From contig NC_135253.1 of assembly GCF_964204865.1 (NCBI RefSeq), positions 17,422,001 through 17,486,000 of the forward strand: 64,000 nucleotides of DNA. The letters are read 5' to 3'. This stretch comes from Styela clava (lineage: Eukaryota). Below the pieces are notes generated by a model. The model was not told the origin of the DNA. It did not search any database and was given only the letters and a program-made list of their open reading frames with translations. The translations under genes and the position numbers were made by a program. Shown in pieces: positions 50,052 through 64,000 of the stretch; the first letter of the stretch is position 1; every line of letters begins with the position of its first letter.

Positions 50052-53000
50052 ATGTTCAAATCTGTCTTGATACTGTTGTTTATTTTTGAAAATGTTGCGA
50101 TGCAACAAGAGTCATGGGAGTTGGAATTCGATCCAATGGCTATTGACAACGGTTATTTTGGTGAAAACTGGTTTGACAGTGACGATAAAATCGAGACAAC
50201 AGCAGAAGATTACGATCGTCACCGGCGGCAAACCTGGGTGAACCGCTATCGATTGGAAAACGAGCGAGACAATGTACAAGGTGATAACGATGACTGCCCA
50301 AACAAATGCACTTGTCGTCTGCCGCACGAAGTACATTGCACTTTTAAATTTTTAACCCACTTGCCGAAGGATATTCCACAAAGCGTTAGAAAACTTAATG
50401 TTGCATATAACAGATTGACAAATTTACGTCCACGTTCGTTGATCAAATTTGGAATCAATTTGCGATCATTGTATCTCAACAGCAACAATATTAGGATTCT
50501 TGCAAATGGATTGTTCTCTGAAATGTTCAAGCTTGAAGTCTTAAGACTGAGTTGGAACAAGCTCGCAGGTAAAACATTACAAATTTCTAATGCTTTCATA
50601 TCTAGAATCTTCCCTCAACCTCTATAAATATTATATATATAATATAAATAAATATCATACAAATATAAAATATGTGCGAGAGGATTTCTGGACTCCTCGT
50701 CGTCGCAGGGGGGTTCACGTAATCGCTGGTCAGTTACGGCTTTCTCCACCATCAAGTCCATATTTCCGAAAACAAAAAACTAGTTAACTAATCCCATATA
50801 CCCGACATGGACTGGTAATCGGGCGAGAGGCCGTGGTTCACCATATGTTTGAGCCGTCTTATCGGCTTTCCTCTCCCCCTGGATAAATATGTAATTCCTA
50901 TCCTATTATATACATATTTTTGATGCGCATGTTGAGAATATCTTCTTGAAATACAATACAAATCCCCGTTATTTCAATCTGAATTTTCAGGAATTCGTAA
51001 AAGCACATTTCAAGGTTTATTGAATCTTCAACGACTATCTCTTGATAACAATCACCTAACATTTATACATCCACTCGCATTTCGTGGACTTGTAAGTTTA
51101 AAACTATTACAACTGGATGGTAACAGATTATCAAGATTACAGAGTGATGTTTTTGTGACGATTGAATTCCAACGATTTTTCAAGTAAGAGTGTTTTCTGA
51201 AATAAATATGCAGGGTGGTCGCTAGAAAAACAAAAAATTTGTCAAATGGCTACTCATTTTTACAAAGAATAACTTTTACCAAGTTTTTTAAAGGCACATG
51301 TTACATTACACTCATAGATGCTCAAAATGTCGTCCGTGCACTTCAGAACCGTGTCTTAACCTAGAAGTATAAGCTCGTGTAACGTTTTGAATATTAATTT
51401 GTGGAATATTGTTCCAATTCGACCTATACCTATACGCATTTTATTCGTGATCTCATCTGACTTTTCAAATTTTCTGTTTTTCTAGCGACGACCCTGTATA
51501 TACCATATTAAGATTTACTGTAAGTACTTTTTGCTGAATGCCTCATATTCCCGTGTCTTTGCAGGCTACTTCCTGCTTCATATTTTTAGGCAGTTGCCTG
51601 TCTGATTTTGATGTTTTTTGAAAAATCAAAATATACATTATTTTAGTGTTTTTGCTTTACACGCTTCTCTGATGCATTTTAATATACCCTAACAATTTAG
51701 ATATTCGAGTATTGAGTATTTATATCTTGCAAAGAATAATTTCACTCTTCTTCCGCGGCATTTATTTGACCACATGATTGTGCTTCAATCAGTATACTTA
51801 CACAGCAATTTGTGGGATTGTACGTGTGAAGCGAAATGGATGAAATCGTGGATTCAGGATAAAAATAAATACAAGTATGTGATTTAACTTTCGTTTTCAT
51901 ATATAGTATTTCATCTGGTGTCTCATTATATACTATAGGGTTGAAATGTATTAATTCATTCCGTTACATAACTCATCAGGGTTGCCCATAGTTTGCATCT
52001 TTAAGTCATTGAGCGATAGTGAACGTTTCTTAAAGCTGAAGCAACTGTGTTTCTGCAACCAGTTTATTGTATTTTGTTAATATATTGTGTACCCAAATAT
52101 TGGCAGGTAATCAAATTAACCCAGTTAAATAATGGGTTGATGTTATCAGTATGAAAGTCTTGTTGTTGTCTATATCAAACCAAATATCAATTGTTTGTAA
52201 GATAAAAACATATCTCAAAGCAGCAAATTCGAATTTTTGCTGTCTTGCCATTTTTTCTAAGTTTTCGTCAGATCGTCTTTGTCATTGATCGCAAGCTGTC
52301 ACATTGCACCATTAGTCGCTCGTCAGTCTGCGAATTCGACCACAAACCGCGTGCTCAGTGTACCAGGATGTTGTTTTTGTCCCTCATGGATGTGATTGAT
52401 TTTTCCACAAGAGATTAGTTTAAGATCGCATATGGCTTAGAATCAGATAAACCTGAGTTCAAAGTCGCGTACGTGATTTGATAAATTCAACCCAACTCGG
52501 CGATTTTTAAAGATTGTTTCTTACATTGAATTTTCAGCTTAAGTGAACGTGTATTTATACCGTCATGAAACGTCATTCTTGCGGACGACGTGCGGTGAAT
52601 CTAGTTGTAATTTTAAAGTAGTTGAGCCGGGATTTTCAACCAGTGACTTCGACTTTTCAGCGTCTTCACAAAACTATCAATTTTGACATTATTTGTAAAA
52701 ATTTGAAGGCGTCTTTATAAACCCATCTTAAGCCATTGGGATTATGGGAATTAAAACTGGTCCTACAATTTCGTAAAAAGAAGAAGTAGAAGAGAAGTTT
52801 TCACGATCACCTTTTAAGTCTGAAACGTGTCATTTTTAATAATCTTTTTGACGCCATTGTACAAGATTGTACTCGATGGTAGATTGATATCTGTGAACAG
52901 CCATGTTTAATGTCTTTGTACTTGAAGCTATGGATTAAAAAGAATTATATTTCAGATGCAAAAGAAATTCGTGGAGAACCACATTACCATTAGAATGTGC

Positions 53001-56000
53001 AATGTGCAATTCTCCTTTACATCTAAAAGGAGAAAAACTAGAGAACGTACATGCTGGTAATTTCACGTGTGAACCTCCGCGATTATATTCTGCACAGGAC
53101 TGGAGTAATGACGAACCTTTGAAAAGGAGATTCAATTTGAAAGAAATTGATCTGAAAAACGGTTTGCTGTAACTTTATTTGTTTTTCAATATATTTTTAA
53201 TTGAATATAAATTGAGTTTTTATTTCCTTTTGATATAAATGTCAAGGTTCTCTGGATATAAACACTGGTGGTATTCAGGGAATGCTTTTGGAATGTAGCG
53301 GTAATCAGCGAACCCGATTTGTTTTTAGAGCTATAAGATCTACATGATTTTCTGGAATTGTGGAACCTGTTGTTAGTGAGTTCAGTAAAAAAGAACCCGT
53401 TATTGAAATCACTGGATATACTAGAGTCACTGAACATAACACCTTATGCTATTAAAAAATATGTATTATATATATTCAAATTTTGCCTATTATCCAATGA
53501 AACGATAAAAGCGTAATGCAACACAAATTGGCATGGTCTTGTCAAAACTGTGTCTGGAACTCTTCAACATACTATAACTTAAGGGGTCTTCATGCCAACT
53601 CTATAGTATATAACATGACCATGTTTCATCTTTGGATGCAAGCTAGACCTATGTCTGGATTCACCTCGGTTGTCATAGCAACAAATTTCCAAACCAACCG
53701 CTTTTTGAACAAAAATATTACAATTTGCCTTTTCAGAAAATTTACTGTTTCGATGCAGCGGTTTAACCTCAACACGTATAAACATAAGACTGGATAGTCA
53801 TAGAAGATCTGTACTTCTTGCCAAATGCAATTTCTCTGATGTTCCAGTGGTAACTGTGACGGAAAATGGACGCTCTATGGTAAACTATCTACAAGGATAA
53901 ATTTAGGTTTTACCTTGATTATATTTTACTCAATCATCGATAAACTTAAAACTATGCTTAATTAATCAAAAAGCAATGAATTTATTATAATTAACACAAA
54001 CATCTCAACTAAAACAAATAAATAAAAATTATTATTTCCTAAACATCATAATTCTATTCATGTGATACATTCATGTACGCTACGGAGAAAGTTCATTTTG
54101 ACATGACTTATTTTTAGTTAGCTACAGTTATAGTCAAAGATATCGGATCTATTTTTTTGTTTGAGAAACAAAAACAAAAGTGATTGAAAGTGGTAGTAGT
54201 TTGAACTTCACCGCTTTCAAAAAATCCAATTTGAAGCCTGCTTTGTTAGCTTCAATTCGTTTTCGTTTCGTTTTTATTCAGAATTCAAGTCGGGCGGAAC
54301 CAGACAGCACAAATTTCACAAAATCATATTCTGCTACATTTACTGCACACCTGCAATGCGATATTGAATACCCAGAAAACCCAACGATACTGAACAAAAT
54401 AATAACTTCATATCTAGACAAGGAGATGCTACTGACTGAAAGAAGGAAAAGATATCAAAAATCAACTCTAAATAATCAACGTGCATACTCAATTTCGGTA
54501 AGGCCACTTCACGAATATACATATAAATTATAGATGACGATTTGTCTCGACAATAAGCCAAGTGATATTACATGGTCGTGTCGTGAATCCCTTTGCGTCG
54601 GCTAATGATATGTTATTTAATAAGGGTTTCTGAAAGCATATCTTCATCTAGTATTAAAACGAATCGACAAAGTGCCATGTTAGAATAAATTTTGAAAGTT
54701 TTTTTTGCTCATACTCTTTTTGAAATACCTCAACTTGATTTTGAATGAATATCATAGGATGATACATTGTTGTCAAATATGTATTCGTTTGATAAAGAGT
54801 CGGAATGCTATTTTGCAATTATATTTACATATCTGGTAAACTGCTCCAACGTGTATGCTCCGGATAAGAAAGAATGAACAATGGGATTGTTTTGACTTCA
54901 TATATATATTTTACATTACATTTACATATAGGTCGCAAATATGTCGGCTATTCCAGCAATTCCTTTGACAACTGCAAGCATATCAAATGTTGCTGAATTT
55001 CCTTTATATCAACACGCCAGAGTGACGTTTCAATCAAGAAATATGAGCGTCGAGGTTGTGCAGTATTAAATATTTTTGTTAACTACAAGTATTTATTAAC
55101 TTTGTACGCTAATATTCCGCACTTCCACTGGATGACCCAAAAAACTAATTTTCAAATGACCTTGGTTCCGTTTTATTTGGGTCACTCCATATATCTCTTA
55201 CGCATAAATTACTATACAAAATTTTAGTTCAAATCATGTTGATTTTATGGAATAGTTTCGCGGTTATTGGGTCTTATCGAATTAGATTTAATAAAGAATA
55301 GTTCCATTTCCAAGACAAATATGAGAACTAATAAAATATATATAGTTATAAGATTGTCATTGATCATAGATCTAACGCTCTTTCACTAGTAATTCCAGAA
55401 ATATATGTTTGTTTTTTTCTTGATTCTCTATTTTTTAATCAAAAATGCAAACAATCTCTAAAATCACTCAAAACAAATATATATTGATCAAATTGTGGTT
55501 GGATTTCACAAATTAAATAACTTGTTAAAGATAATCATATCCGTGTTTTTTAGTGATCTTTTTTTATTCCATTCGGCATCCTATACTTGAGGATCAATGG
55601 ATCTAAATTGTGTGATTTAGCTTCCATCACATGCTTTGCTGATTTGATATTCAGTTAAAATAGTAATATCAATGTAAATATCTACCATTTAGATACGCTT
55701 TGATTCCCTATTCGTCGAAAATCTTTTTTCCCATTCCAGAAAAGAAAGATAAACGTTCAATACTATACTTCGTTCACCCATGTTCACACAGCCACGGATT
55801 CCATGGAATTAATAAAACGACCATGGGTGTTGATAAAACAGCCAAATCCGGCTATCATTAACGTTGAGATAGCACTGGAAGGACGAACAGCAATATTAAA
55901 ATGCAAAACAGTTGGTAATCCGAAACCAAAAGTTGACTGGGTAAGCTTCAATACTAGAAGCACACATATAAATAGTTTTACATTTATTATCTTTTCATAT

Positions 56001-59000
56001 GGGCGATAATTGTAACACTACGATATACAATCAGACATAATAAGTTGTGCGCGCAGTATGTAAAATAGTACCTACTGAATGATCTACCTTTGCGTAAAAT
56101 ACAGCAATACTGAGACTTATATTCGGACACCATGACATGGCGTAGTGATCTACATAGACGAATACAGTAATGACATAAATACAAATACAACAATATGACA
56201 ACAGATAACCAAACATACCAAGATTGTGCCGTAATTGAAACAGTAGTTCTCCGTCTTTTTCTAATATTGTCAACAAGAAATATTACCTCAGGGAAGGAAA
56301 CAAGTTAATTTGGATTGGTATTTAATATAAGTATAGATGCCGTTAACCAAACGTTGTACCCGTTCGTTGTGAACTTGCTGAAATTTCTAGTCAAAAAAGA
56401 TGATAGAGGTACACTTCGAGTTTAATTGAATTTTCAGTTTATTTTGGTCTTATACTTAAGGTGTTACCGAATGGAAAGTTAATCCACTCCGGCGAAACGA
56501 CTGACAAAGTCACGGTGACTAAATCCGGTAAATTGATTCTACGCAATCCCGAAATAACGGATGCTGGACTTTATCGGTGCATTGCCACAGCGACCGAACT
56601 TGAATCTTCAAAATCTCTCTCGACAGAACACAAATCTTCTGTTGCAAATGAAATTGCAACTTTGAAACTCTACGTTTCGCCAAGATTTAAAGGTAACTTT
56701 AACATTCTTAAAAATATACCAGAAGCTTATTATCTAAATAATTTTGAAATAAGTTCTCTTTGCCTAACGAGAGCTTTAGACTCACCTACTACTAAGTCAA
56801 TACGGAGATATTGAAACATTGTCAACAGAATGGACTGTATCATTTTTGATTCTTAGGTTTTTAGCCCAAACCTAAACATACAAACTTTTTCCCTGGTTTT
56901 GTAGAAATTCGCAATTAAATACAACAATATAAATTTCGTGGAATATCAACTCAATTTATGCCTGCTTCTCAAATTTTCTTTTTATTGTTGCCATCGTCTT
57001 CAAATATACAATATCGTATTCTTTTTATCACTTACAGATAGTGGGATACCAAATGTCCGATTTCATACTAATCAACTTCAGCTTGAAACAGTTGAGTGGA
57101 ATGGAAATTTCTCATTCCGATTTCCGATTGAGGTAATTTCATATCTCATTATCATTTGTATGATGATAACTCGTTGTGCAACATCAATTAATTTTATAGT
57201 GAAGTTTCAATTTCTCGGAGGTGGACCTCTAGATACTAGTTTTATACCACGAATTACTTTTTGATGTAAAGCATTCATAGTAAACAAAAGACCATAGATA
57301 TGAACCCAAAAATAAGGACATCGAACATAATAAGGTAACGAAGAACGAAATGTTATAAACAAATGTATTTATGCCATAAATAATTCAACTAGTCAACTGC
57401 AAAGCTTTCATTCACCAAAGTATTTTGATTCAAATTACACAAACTGATCTTTGCCGGTAGGCTATTGTTTTGTCGTTGTTGTGATTAATTTTCTGTTATC
57501 ACGCCATGAATGCGGAATCAGTGGGGTTCTAATATCATTTATAGCAAATCAGAATTGACCAATTTAAGTGCCCGGTGTAAGAATGAAAAAAAAATGAACG
57601 ACACATGTCAAAATAAGAACTTTTTTTAAAAAAATATAGACAGACAAGAATATTTTCTGAGACAAAGACCTTCAAACTGAGGACAAACCTCAAAAATAAG
57701 GACGTTATAGCATCCCTGGCCATAGTCTTTATTTTAGTTCCGAATTAACTAGAGTTCACATGCAAACTGACAACAGAAATCCTCTTTGGTTTAAATTTAG
57801 CATAGATTGAATGATGTATTTTTAATGCGAATTCTCCGAGAACTGTTCATTGCATTGGTACCAGATTCTAAACCAGGAGTGGGCAACTTCTTTAGTCGGC
57901 GGGCTAGATGTGGGAAAAAGGAAGGCCTCGGCGGGCCGGATTATTACATGAATAGTATTCAATGTCTTAATCACATATTTATTCGCTAATGCACGAAAGA
58001 AAATTATAAATCGCGTTTAAAAAACAGTCTGCTCCCTAGCAAGTTTTCTGTCCAGTTCTGTTGCTCTAGTTTGCCGTTCCACTGCTGATGATTTATTGCC
58101 ATAGTTTCCACGTTTCGTTACATAATGACGACTAATGTTGTAGGCCTACTCTTTTAATACCGCAACACTTTGACCACACAGTAAATATACTGCTTTGTTG
58201 CCAACCTTTGTAATAGTACTTCGGTATCCAATCTTTGTTAAATCTCGACACTCTGTCAACTTTACGTTTCTTGGGTATTCCATGGTTAATAAAACCTAAT
58301 ATAAAATCTAATCATGTTTAGAATCTAAATATAACAGTAGTGGGGAATGTTTACAACGCTCTCTGCTTTGTTGTTCAATAAGTGTGCTAACGCAATGGAC
58401 CTTTCCCCGAGCATCAACTTCCTTGTTTACTTCGTGACATTGGCCAATCAGCAAGGTGCAAAAGTGACGTAACAATGTCACCTTTTCGCATCCGCTCAGA
58501 CACTTTTCTCCCTCGGAGAGATTTTCAGGCGTGGTCGTAAACATTACCTCGTTTTTGAACTCTATTCGTCAGATTTCAGTTGTGTTTTGAAAATTTAAAT
58601 ATATATCATATAATTCAATGATCACTCTGTCTTCTTACGAGTTTTAATTTAATTGCAGTAATAAAAAATTAGTGTAGAAATAGATGTGATAGACTGGGCT
58701 AAATTCTTTATCGGTACTTTTGAAAAACTGATTGTTGTATGCGATGAATCATAATGATGGTTTGAAACACATACCTCATTTTACAGGCGCCAACTTGCGA
58801 AAACACTCTGAAATGCGCCCCGAAAATTTTGCAATGGTAAAGTATAGAAAGAACTTTTCGGGGGTCAAAGGTCGGGGAAAGGTCCATGTTTGTTCACTGA
58901 GGCAATTGTTTATTTCACCAGCTCGCTCTGACAGTGCGGTCAGAGTAGAGCGATCGGCAACTTTCAGGAATGATGCGTCGGACCACATTACAGAGTGTGG

Positions 59001-62000
59001 TTGGATACAGTCAGCGGGCCGGTCAAAATCTCGTCGCGGGCCGGACCCTGCCCGCGGGCCGAATGTTGCCAACCCCTGTTCTAAACTAATGAAACTGCTC
59101 GTGTCGTATATATATATATTATTTCATCCATACCAAACTATATAATCAATGCCATTAATTAAATTCATATGTTCGACATGATATAAACAGGCATCTCCGG
59201 AGAGTAAGTTTGCTTGGATAACTCCTTCCAATCAGCTGATAACCAGTGACAGAAGAGTTCGTCAAAGTGGAGTGCGAACAAATCAAAATGGAGGAATTGA
59301 AATATACAATTTTCAGAAATCTCACGAAGGGTTGTACAGGTTGGCAAATGATAAATTTATATTTCATTTTTTCAGACAATATGCTCTTTATTATATATAT
59401 ATATATATATATATAGTTATATACCTATCATAACTAATTGTGAGTAATGAGATTATTTGTAGCGCATGGGGCAATATAACTTGAGTATTTTAGAACCTAA
59501 TGCCTGTGGCATGTGAACTGTCCTAAACAAAAAATCTTACTTAAGGAAGCTGGAAACAAATACAGGATGAAGTAGCGAATTCCCAGTAAGTGTACAAAAA
59601 TGATGAACTGCAGTTACTGTTGATGCTCAAAATGAGTTTAACAGAAAACTTTTTCAAATTTAAATACAGTGCACATTTTAAATGCATCTCCGTCATTTTT
59701 TCAGATTTATAGCAGCAAATATTGCGGGTATAGCTGAGTACTCTGTATATGTGGGCATAAAAACAACGGATGATCAGCATATAGAAACTGTTGAAGTTGT
59801 TTCCGAAAGTGAGGATTTGCTTACACTTACAAACTGCCATAAATCATATATTTTATTTATTCTGACGTTACAAATAGGGGAAGTTACAAAGTAAAATAAA
59901 CCAAAAATATTGTCATTTTGTCTTTAACGTTATGTTGGTTATTAGCACATCTTTTCCTCAAAGGCCGCACAATTGACGGATGTACATAGATAGAAAAATT
60001 GTCAATTAAGGACATGAAATTGAAACATGAGCTTTTCAGTAAACTGTTTGATAGAATGTTATTTAACTGTTGTTAGACAATCTTTCACATATTCCATGGT
60101 GGCTAAAGATTCACTATTATAAATTGCAACGAGAATGAAAAAAGAGGTTGCCACTGCCAGACTTGTTACCTAAATGTTTTGTTTTTGCTATTTCCAAGCA
60201 ATTATCTCTACTCCGTTACACTGTCACTGTTTGATTACTAACAGATGAAATAACGGACCCGGTCATTCCACCTGTGCTGTTGTTGCCGAAGTTAGCTGAA
60301 AATATTCATTCAAACAACATGCTTCCATCGAATAAAACCCCGAAGCTTAAGCCTGCCATATTTTTACTAGTGGTAGCAAACGAAGGAGATCGAGTTGAAT
60401 TAGATTGCAATGTAACAGGAATGTCATCACCTAAGTAATTTTTTATTTTTTCACCAATATAAGATCTGGAAAACTTCATATTTACATCAAGAGGTCGTGC
60501 TGGCTATTTCGGATGCCAACTAAAATAAATTTGTTGACATTATATAAAAGGGAAGATCAAGATTAATTCTAAAAATATAAAGTCAAAACGATTATTGACA
60601 TAGTGAATCAGAGATCAACTATCAACTATCAATGACACTGAACTACCATAGATACCATTAGACAACTCTAACCAGCCACATTACCTAATCTATGACGTCA
60701 ATTTTTTTTTCACATTAGGCAAATAGTTTTTATTTCTCCAGATACGGATGGTATTTCCCAAATAATCTAACAAATTCGGACGTTGAAGGAAAAATTCAAC
60801 TTGACGACTCAAAGTTAATATTGCGAGAAGTTACTTTGCCATTTCAAGGTTTGTTCAAAGTTTTGATGAATTCGTGACCAGACTGATCAAATGTACTAAG
60901 CAAAATCTTATTGTGAACTTTGATCATATTCAATTTATTGCATTTCAAGATTTAGACAAAACTTATACGTTCATAATTAACTATATATATATATATATAT
61001 ATTTGAAGTGGTGACATGAACGGGCAACAGGTGATTACCGAGTCAAGGGCATGGCGTTGATAATATTCTGGCGAATGATTGCGACGCTCTTATTATTGGT
61101 AACAATTTTTTTAGGATTCTATCGATGTATTGCCAAAAACGAATCAGGATCGTCGGAGTTAATTGTAAATTTGACTCTAGAAAGATCGCCTGACAATTTA
61201 TCGGCGGCAGAATCTAAAAACCAAACCAACCCAACAATACGGAATATTATTACAACTTTGATTCCAAAATCCCAATCTAGTCATCCACATGAAACAGATG
61301 GAAATTCGGACGACGTGATTACGACACCTAGTGTGGGAACCGATGTACCGCCAACTGTGGAGAACGCACGATTGACATCACCAAAACGATCTCATTTCCT
61401 GGATACTCCTGCTGATTACATACCGCGTCCTATCGTAATTACTGCGAGGAACAGAACGCATAGGAAGTATTCTCCGAAACCTATTACACAGAAACCAACG
61501 GCGGACCCAAATTTTGACATGATATTGCTTTCCGAACATTCCTCAAAAGACGAAGATCCGACTCAATTAGTCCGATTTTCATCTCAAATGCCAGATTCAT
61601 CCAATGTGTTGAACTTGTCGAATCCGACTAACTTAGTTAAACAACCGTCAGATAAAGCGTTCTCATCTGAACAAACAATGGCACAAGTGAATTCCACTGT
61701 GGAGCCCAGTGCTAAAATTGCAACAGCAAATATCTCCGGTGCCAACACACTGTCCTCTCAGGAAAGCGAGAATGACTCTGACATTGATTTGCAGGAAGAC
61801 TTTACCGCAAGCGTCCGCGATATTCATACAAGAGATTCAACCCCTTTAATGTTGATTAAGACATCATCTGAGGAACATGAAAACCCCCAATCATTCAGCA
61901 AGGCAGTCAGATCCAAACAACCAAATTTTGACCTGGATTCTACTCTTAGAATAAGCAAACCTACACTCGACGAAGAAAACAAGTTTTACTATGAAAGGCA

Positions 62001-64000
62001 AAAAAATAAATCGGATATTGGCATGGGAATAGATTCTATGCTTGAAGGTGAAAAACATTCAGTTAAATCTACAAGAAGGAGACAACGAGTGCATTTCCGA
62101 CCACCTGGCAACAACCTTCTTCAAAACCCTTTCAATAAGCTGAGACTTGCTGCTAGTTTTGTCAACAAAACGATTTCGGCAACTAATCTGTCTTTATCAC
62201 TTAATCAAAACGCTTTGAAATCAGTAAAATTGGCAGAAAATACATCGAATCCGATGCAAAACACCAATAACGAGCAGCCGAGCGTAGGGGACGATTTCAC
62301 TTTTGAGCTTCCAATTAGCAGTGAAAGTATCTTATATAAATTCTCGTAAGTTATGCATTGTTATAGTATTTTTAAACAAATATTATCTTAAGAGTGAGGT
62401 ACCGTTATCAAAAGTTTACAAGAATCAATTTTTAATCTATTTAGTAAGTTCAAGTAATGACAAGAGATAGAGACAGATTTCTGTCTAAACTGCTTTTACA
62501 ACAAATGCAATTTGTTTTAGTACGCTATATTCTAGTTAAAGGGCTTACTCGTGAAACGAGACAGTTATTAAACCCGGCCATACGAGTACTTGAAAAATAA
62601 TTTATTGGGAAATCTTCAGAGCGATGGCACTTTCTATCTCTGCCAGGAAGACTAGTTTAGGACGGCGTTCGCAACCGTAGATATTTAAGCATTCATATTC
62701 TTTTATTGTGCAAACAGGTAAAAGCTCCAACTCTTTTAATTAATTGTAACGTTTTTATCATCGAATTCACGTTGTTCATTGTTATTTGTAACATGGCGTT
62801 ATGATAATTCAAGCACTGAGCATATGACAAAAATGTGAAAATTCAAAAATGTTTGCATTTTTTATTACTCTTTTTCCATATATACAGATCAACGTTACAT
62901 GCAGAATATGAAGGTAACGCTGTATTACCTTGTTTGCCGCCTGGATATGATCAACAGCAGTCGTCATTGTGGTCATTCACATGGACACTCCCATCCGGTA
63001 AAATATTTGGTTTGTCAGATTTGATAATAAATATAACGGTTATTGCAAAAACTGCTCTGTTTCTCTCTACATCAGTAACTCTCGTTCTTCCATTTCTCAT
63101 CTCTGACGTTAAATACTGCGACTTTTTGATTCTTATGATTGACACGTAAGAGCTCCTATAATCATGGAATTACAACAATACATATACTTTCTTTATCCGT
63201 TGTTTTAGGTAAGGTACTCACTCGACCACATAAAACATTCTCGTCAGACATGAGACAGTTCGTTCACATGAACGGATCTCTCTTACTTCGAACCCTCGAT
63301 GCCAAAGATGAAGGATTTTATGAATGTTATGCAATGGAAATTGCGGACAAGTAAGTATGTTTTTATTATTTTCTCCCATTCTATGACGTCAAAGTTGTTA
63401 GCAACAACTGACTTCATTGTGTTGGAGCTCAGAACGAGTTAAAGTTACATTTACTTGTTGCGACTCGATTGATGTATGGTGCTAATGATTGGATTTCGTG
63501 GTTTTCAAACTACATAAACGTGTCTGGGAAATTCGCCGCAGGAAATTTCTCGCATGAAAAATGCGATTTTTCATGCTACCAGAAATACTTGTTTCACAGC
63601 TAAGTGCCCGTGCGGCGATGATTCATATGGCAATTTTTTCTATGCAGTGAAATTTCCTGCGGCGAGATTTTCTACGGCGAAATTTCCGGAGGTGAATATT
63701 TTTAGAACTCTACATAAGTACGTACCACTTAAAAGACCACTAAACTTATCATGTTATGACGGTAGATAAATTCACTGTGGAACATATATATTTATAACAT
63801 AATTCTTCTATCTTACAGCGTTGAACATCTCACTCAAATCACACTCAATCTTGTAGCTCAGAGACCTAGAATACTCGGTAGCCAACATCAGTACATTGGA
63901 GCGGGATACAAAACATCAGTTACTGTTAGGTGTTCAGCAAAGGGTAAACCAAAACCTCGTATTACTTGGGAAACTCCTGGTGGACAACTTTTAAACGAGG
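50052..64000 (+). CDS. IGSF10/MXRA5-like secreted LRR + Ig protein (multi-exon; 3' end outside window)
   Basis: Signal peptide MFKSVLILLFIF, then LRRNT CPNKCTCRLPHEVHCTFKFL and LRR exons (50052-50568, ~50991-51183, ~51701-51874). The LRRCT ends KCKR...ECAMCNSP...FTCEPP, typical of this family. Ig exons lie at ~55740-55940, ~56461-56692, ~59220-59338, ~60245-60435, ~62888-62997, ~63209-63350 and ~63820-64000. A large S/T/P-rich linker exon spans 61115-62345. Confidence 0.85.
50677..50905 (+). mobile_element. SINE-like repeat (copy 2) in intron 1 of the IGSF10/MXRA5-like gene
   Basis: Homologous to 34958-35160; ends in a TCCTATCCTAT simple-repeat tail. Confidence 0.6.
51211..51496 (-). mobile_element. 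Tc1/mariner-type MITE retaining the transposase C-terminus
   Basis: TIRs CAGGGTGGTCGCTAGAAAAAC / GTTTTTCTAGCGACGACCCTG followed by TA. The minus strand encodes WNNIPQINIQNVTRAYTSRLRHGSEVHGRHFEHL*, resembling mariner/maT-type C-termini. Confidence 0.8.
57874..59078 (-). mobile_element. hAT SPIN/Buster-type non-autonomous element
   Basis: TIRs CAGGAGTGGGCAAC / GTTGCCAACCCCTG; perfect TSD TTCTAAAC. Frameshifted minus-strand remnant at ~58020-58283 reads KRKVD..RFNKDW...NKAV.LLC...VAVLKE..NISRHY (BED finger). Confidence 0.9.
59391..59415. repeat. (TA)n microsatellite
   Basis: Perfect TA run; a similar run lies at ~60982-61002. Confidence 0.9.
63518..63709. mobile_element. MITE with GAAATTT/CGCCG subterminal repeats
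   Basis: Inverted arrays of GAAATT(T)CGCCG-like units; CTACATAA repeated on both flanks (63510-63517 and 63710-63717). Confidence 0.6.

Noticed and set aside
61051-62349. 432-aa ORF as an independent secreted mucin-like gene
   Set aside because: The hydrophobic start is intronic polypyrimidine sequence. An acceptor at 61114 joins it to the preceding Ig exon (GFYRCIAKN), so it is the linker exon of the IGSF10/MXRA5-like gene.

Overview
AT-rich eukaryotic genomic DNA with short GT-AG introns and many small DNA transposons. It is most likely an invertebrate chordate (ascidian-like); this is inferred from gene content, intron size and repeat types, not proven. Five protein-coding genes could be reconstructed by hand. 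(1) A minus-strand PARP14/PARP9-like gene with RRM, KH-like and macrodomain modules, running off the left edge. (2) A minus-strand secreted protein: signal peptide, WWRRRRRR, 8 TSP1 repeats and 8 EGF domains, two of which carry long inserted loops. (3) A minus-strand secreted VWA+TSP1 protein. (4) A plus-strand CLC-3/4/5-type 2Cl-/H+ exchanger encoded almost entirely by one 2.3-kb exon. (5) A plus-strand IGSF10/MXRA5-like LRR-Ig gene, running off the right edge. Introns and intergenic DNA hold non-autonomous hAT (Buster/SPIN, Ac-like, Tip100-like), pogo/Tigger, mariner-like, MULE-like (TTAGGG-containing), Helentron-associated and SINE-like elements. The most interesting candidates are the TSP1-EGF protein, which combines a polybasic Trp/Arg tip with an acidic SGSG (glycosaminoglycan-attachment-like) loop inside an EGF module, and a cluster of apparent transposon excision footprints around a PHD-finger-carrying pogo element upstream of the CLC gene. 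No CRISPR array, rRNA or convincing tRNA gene was seen.
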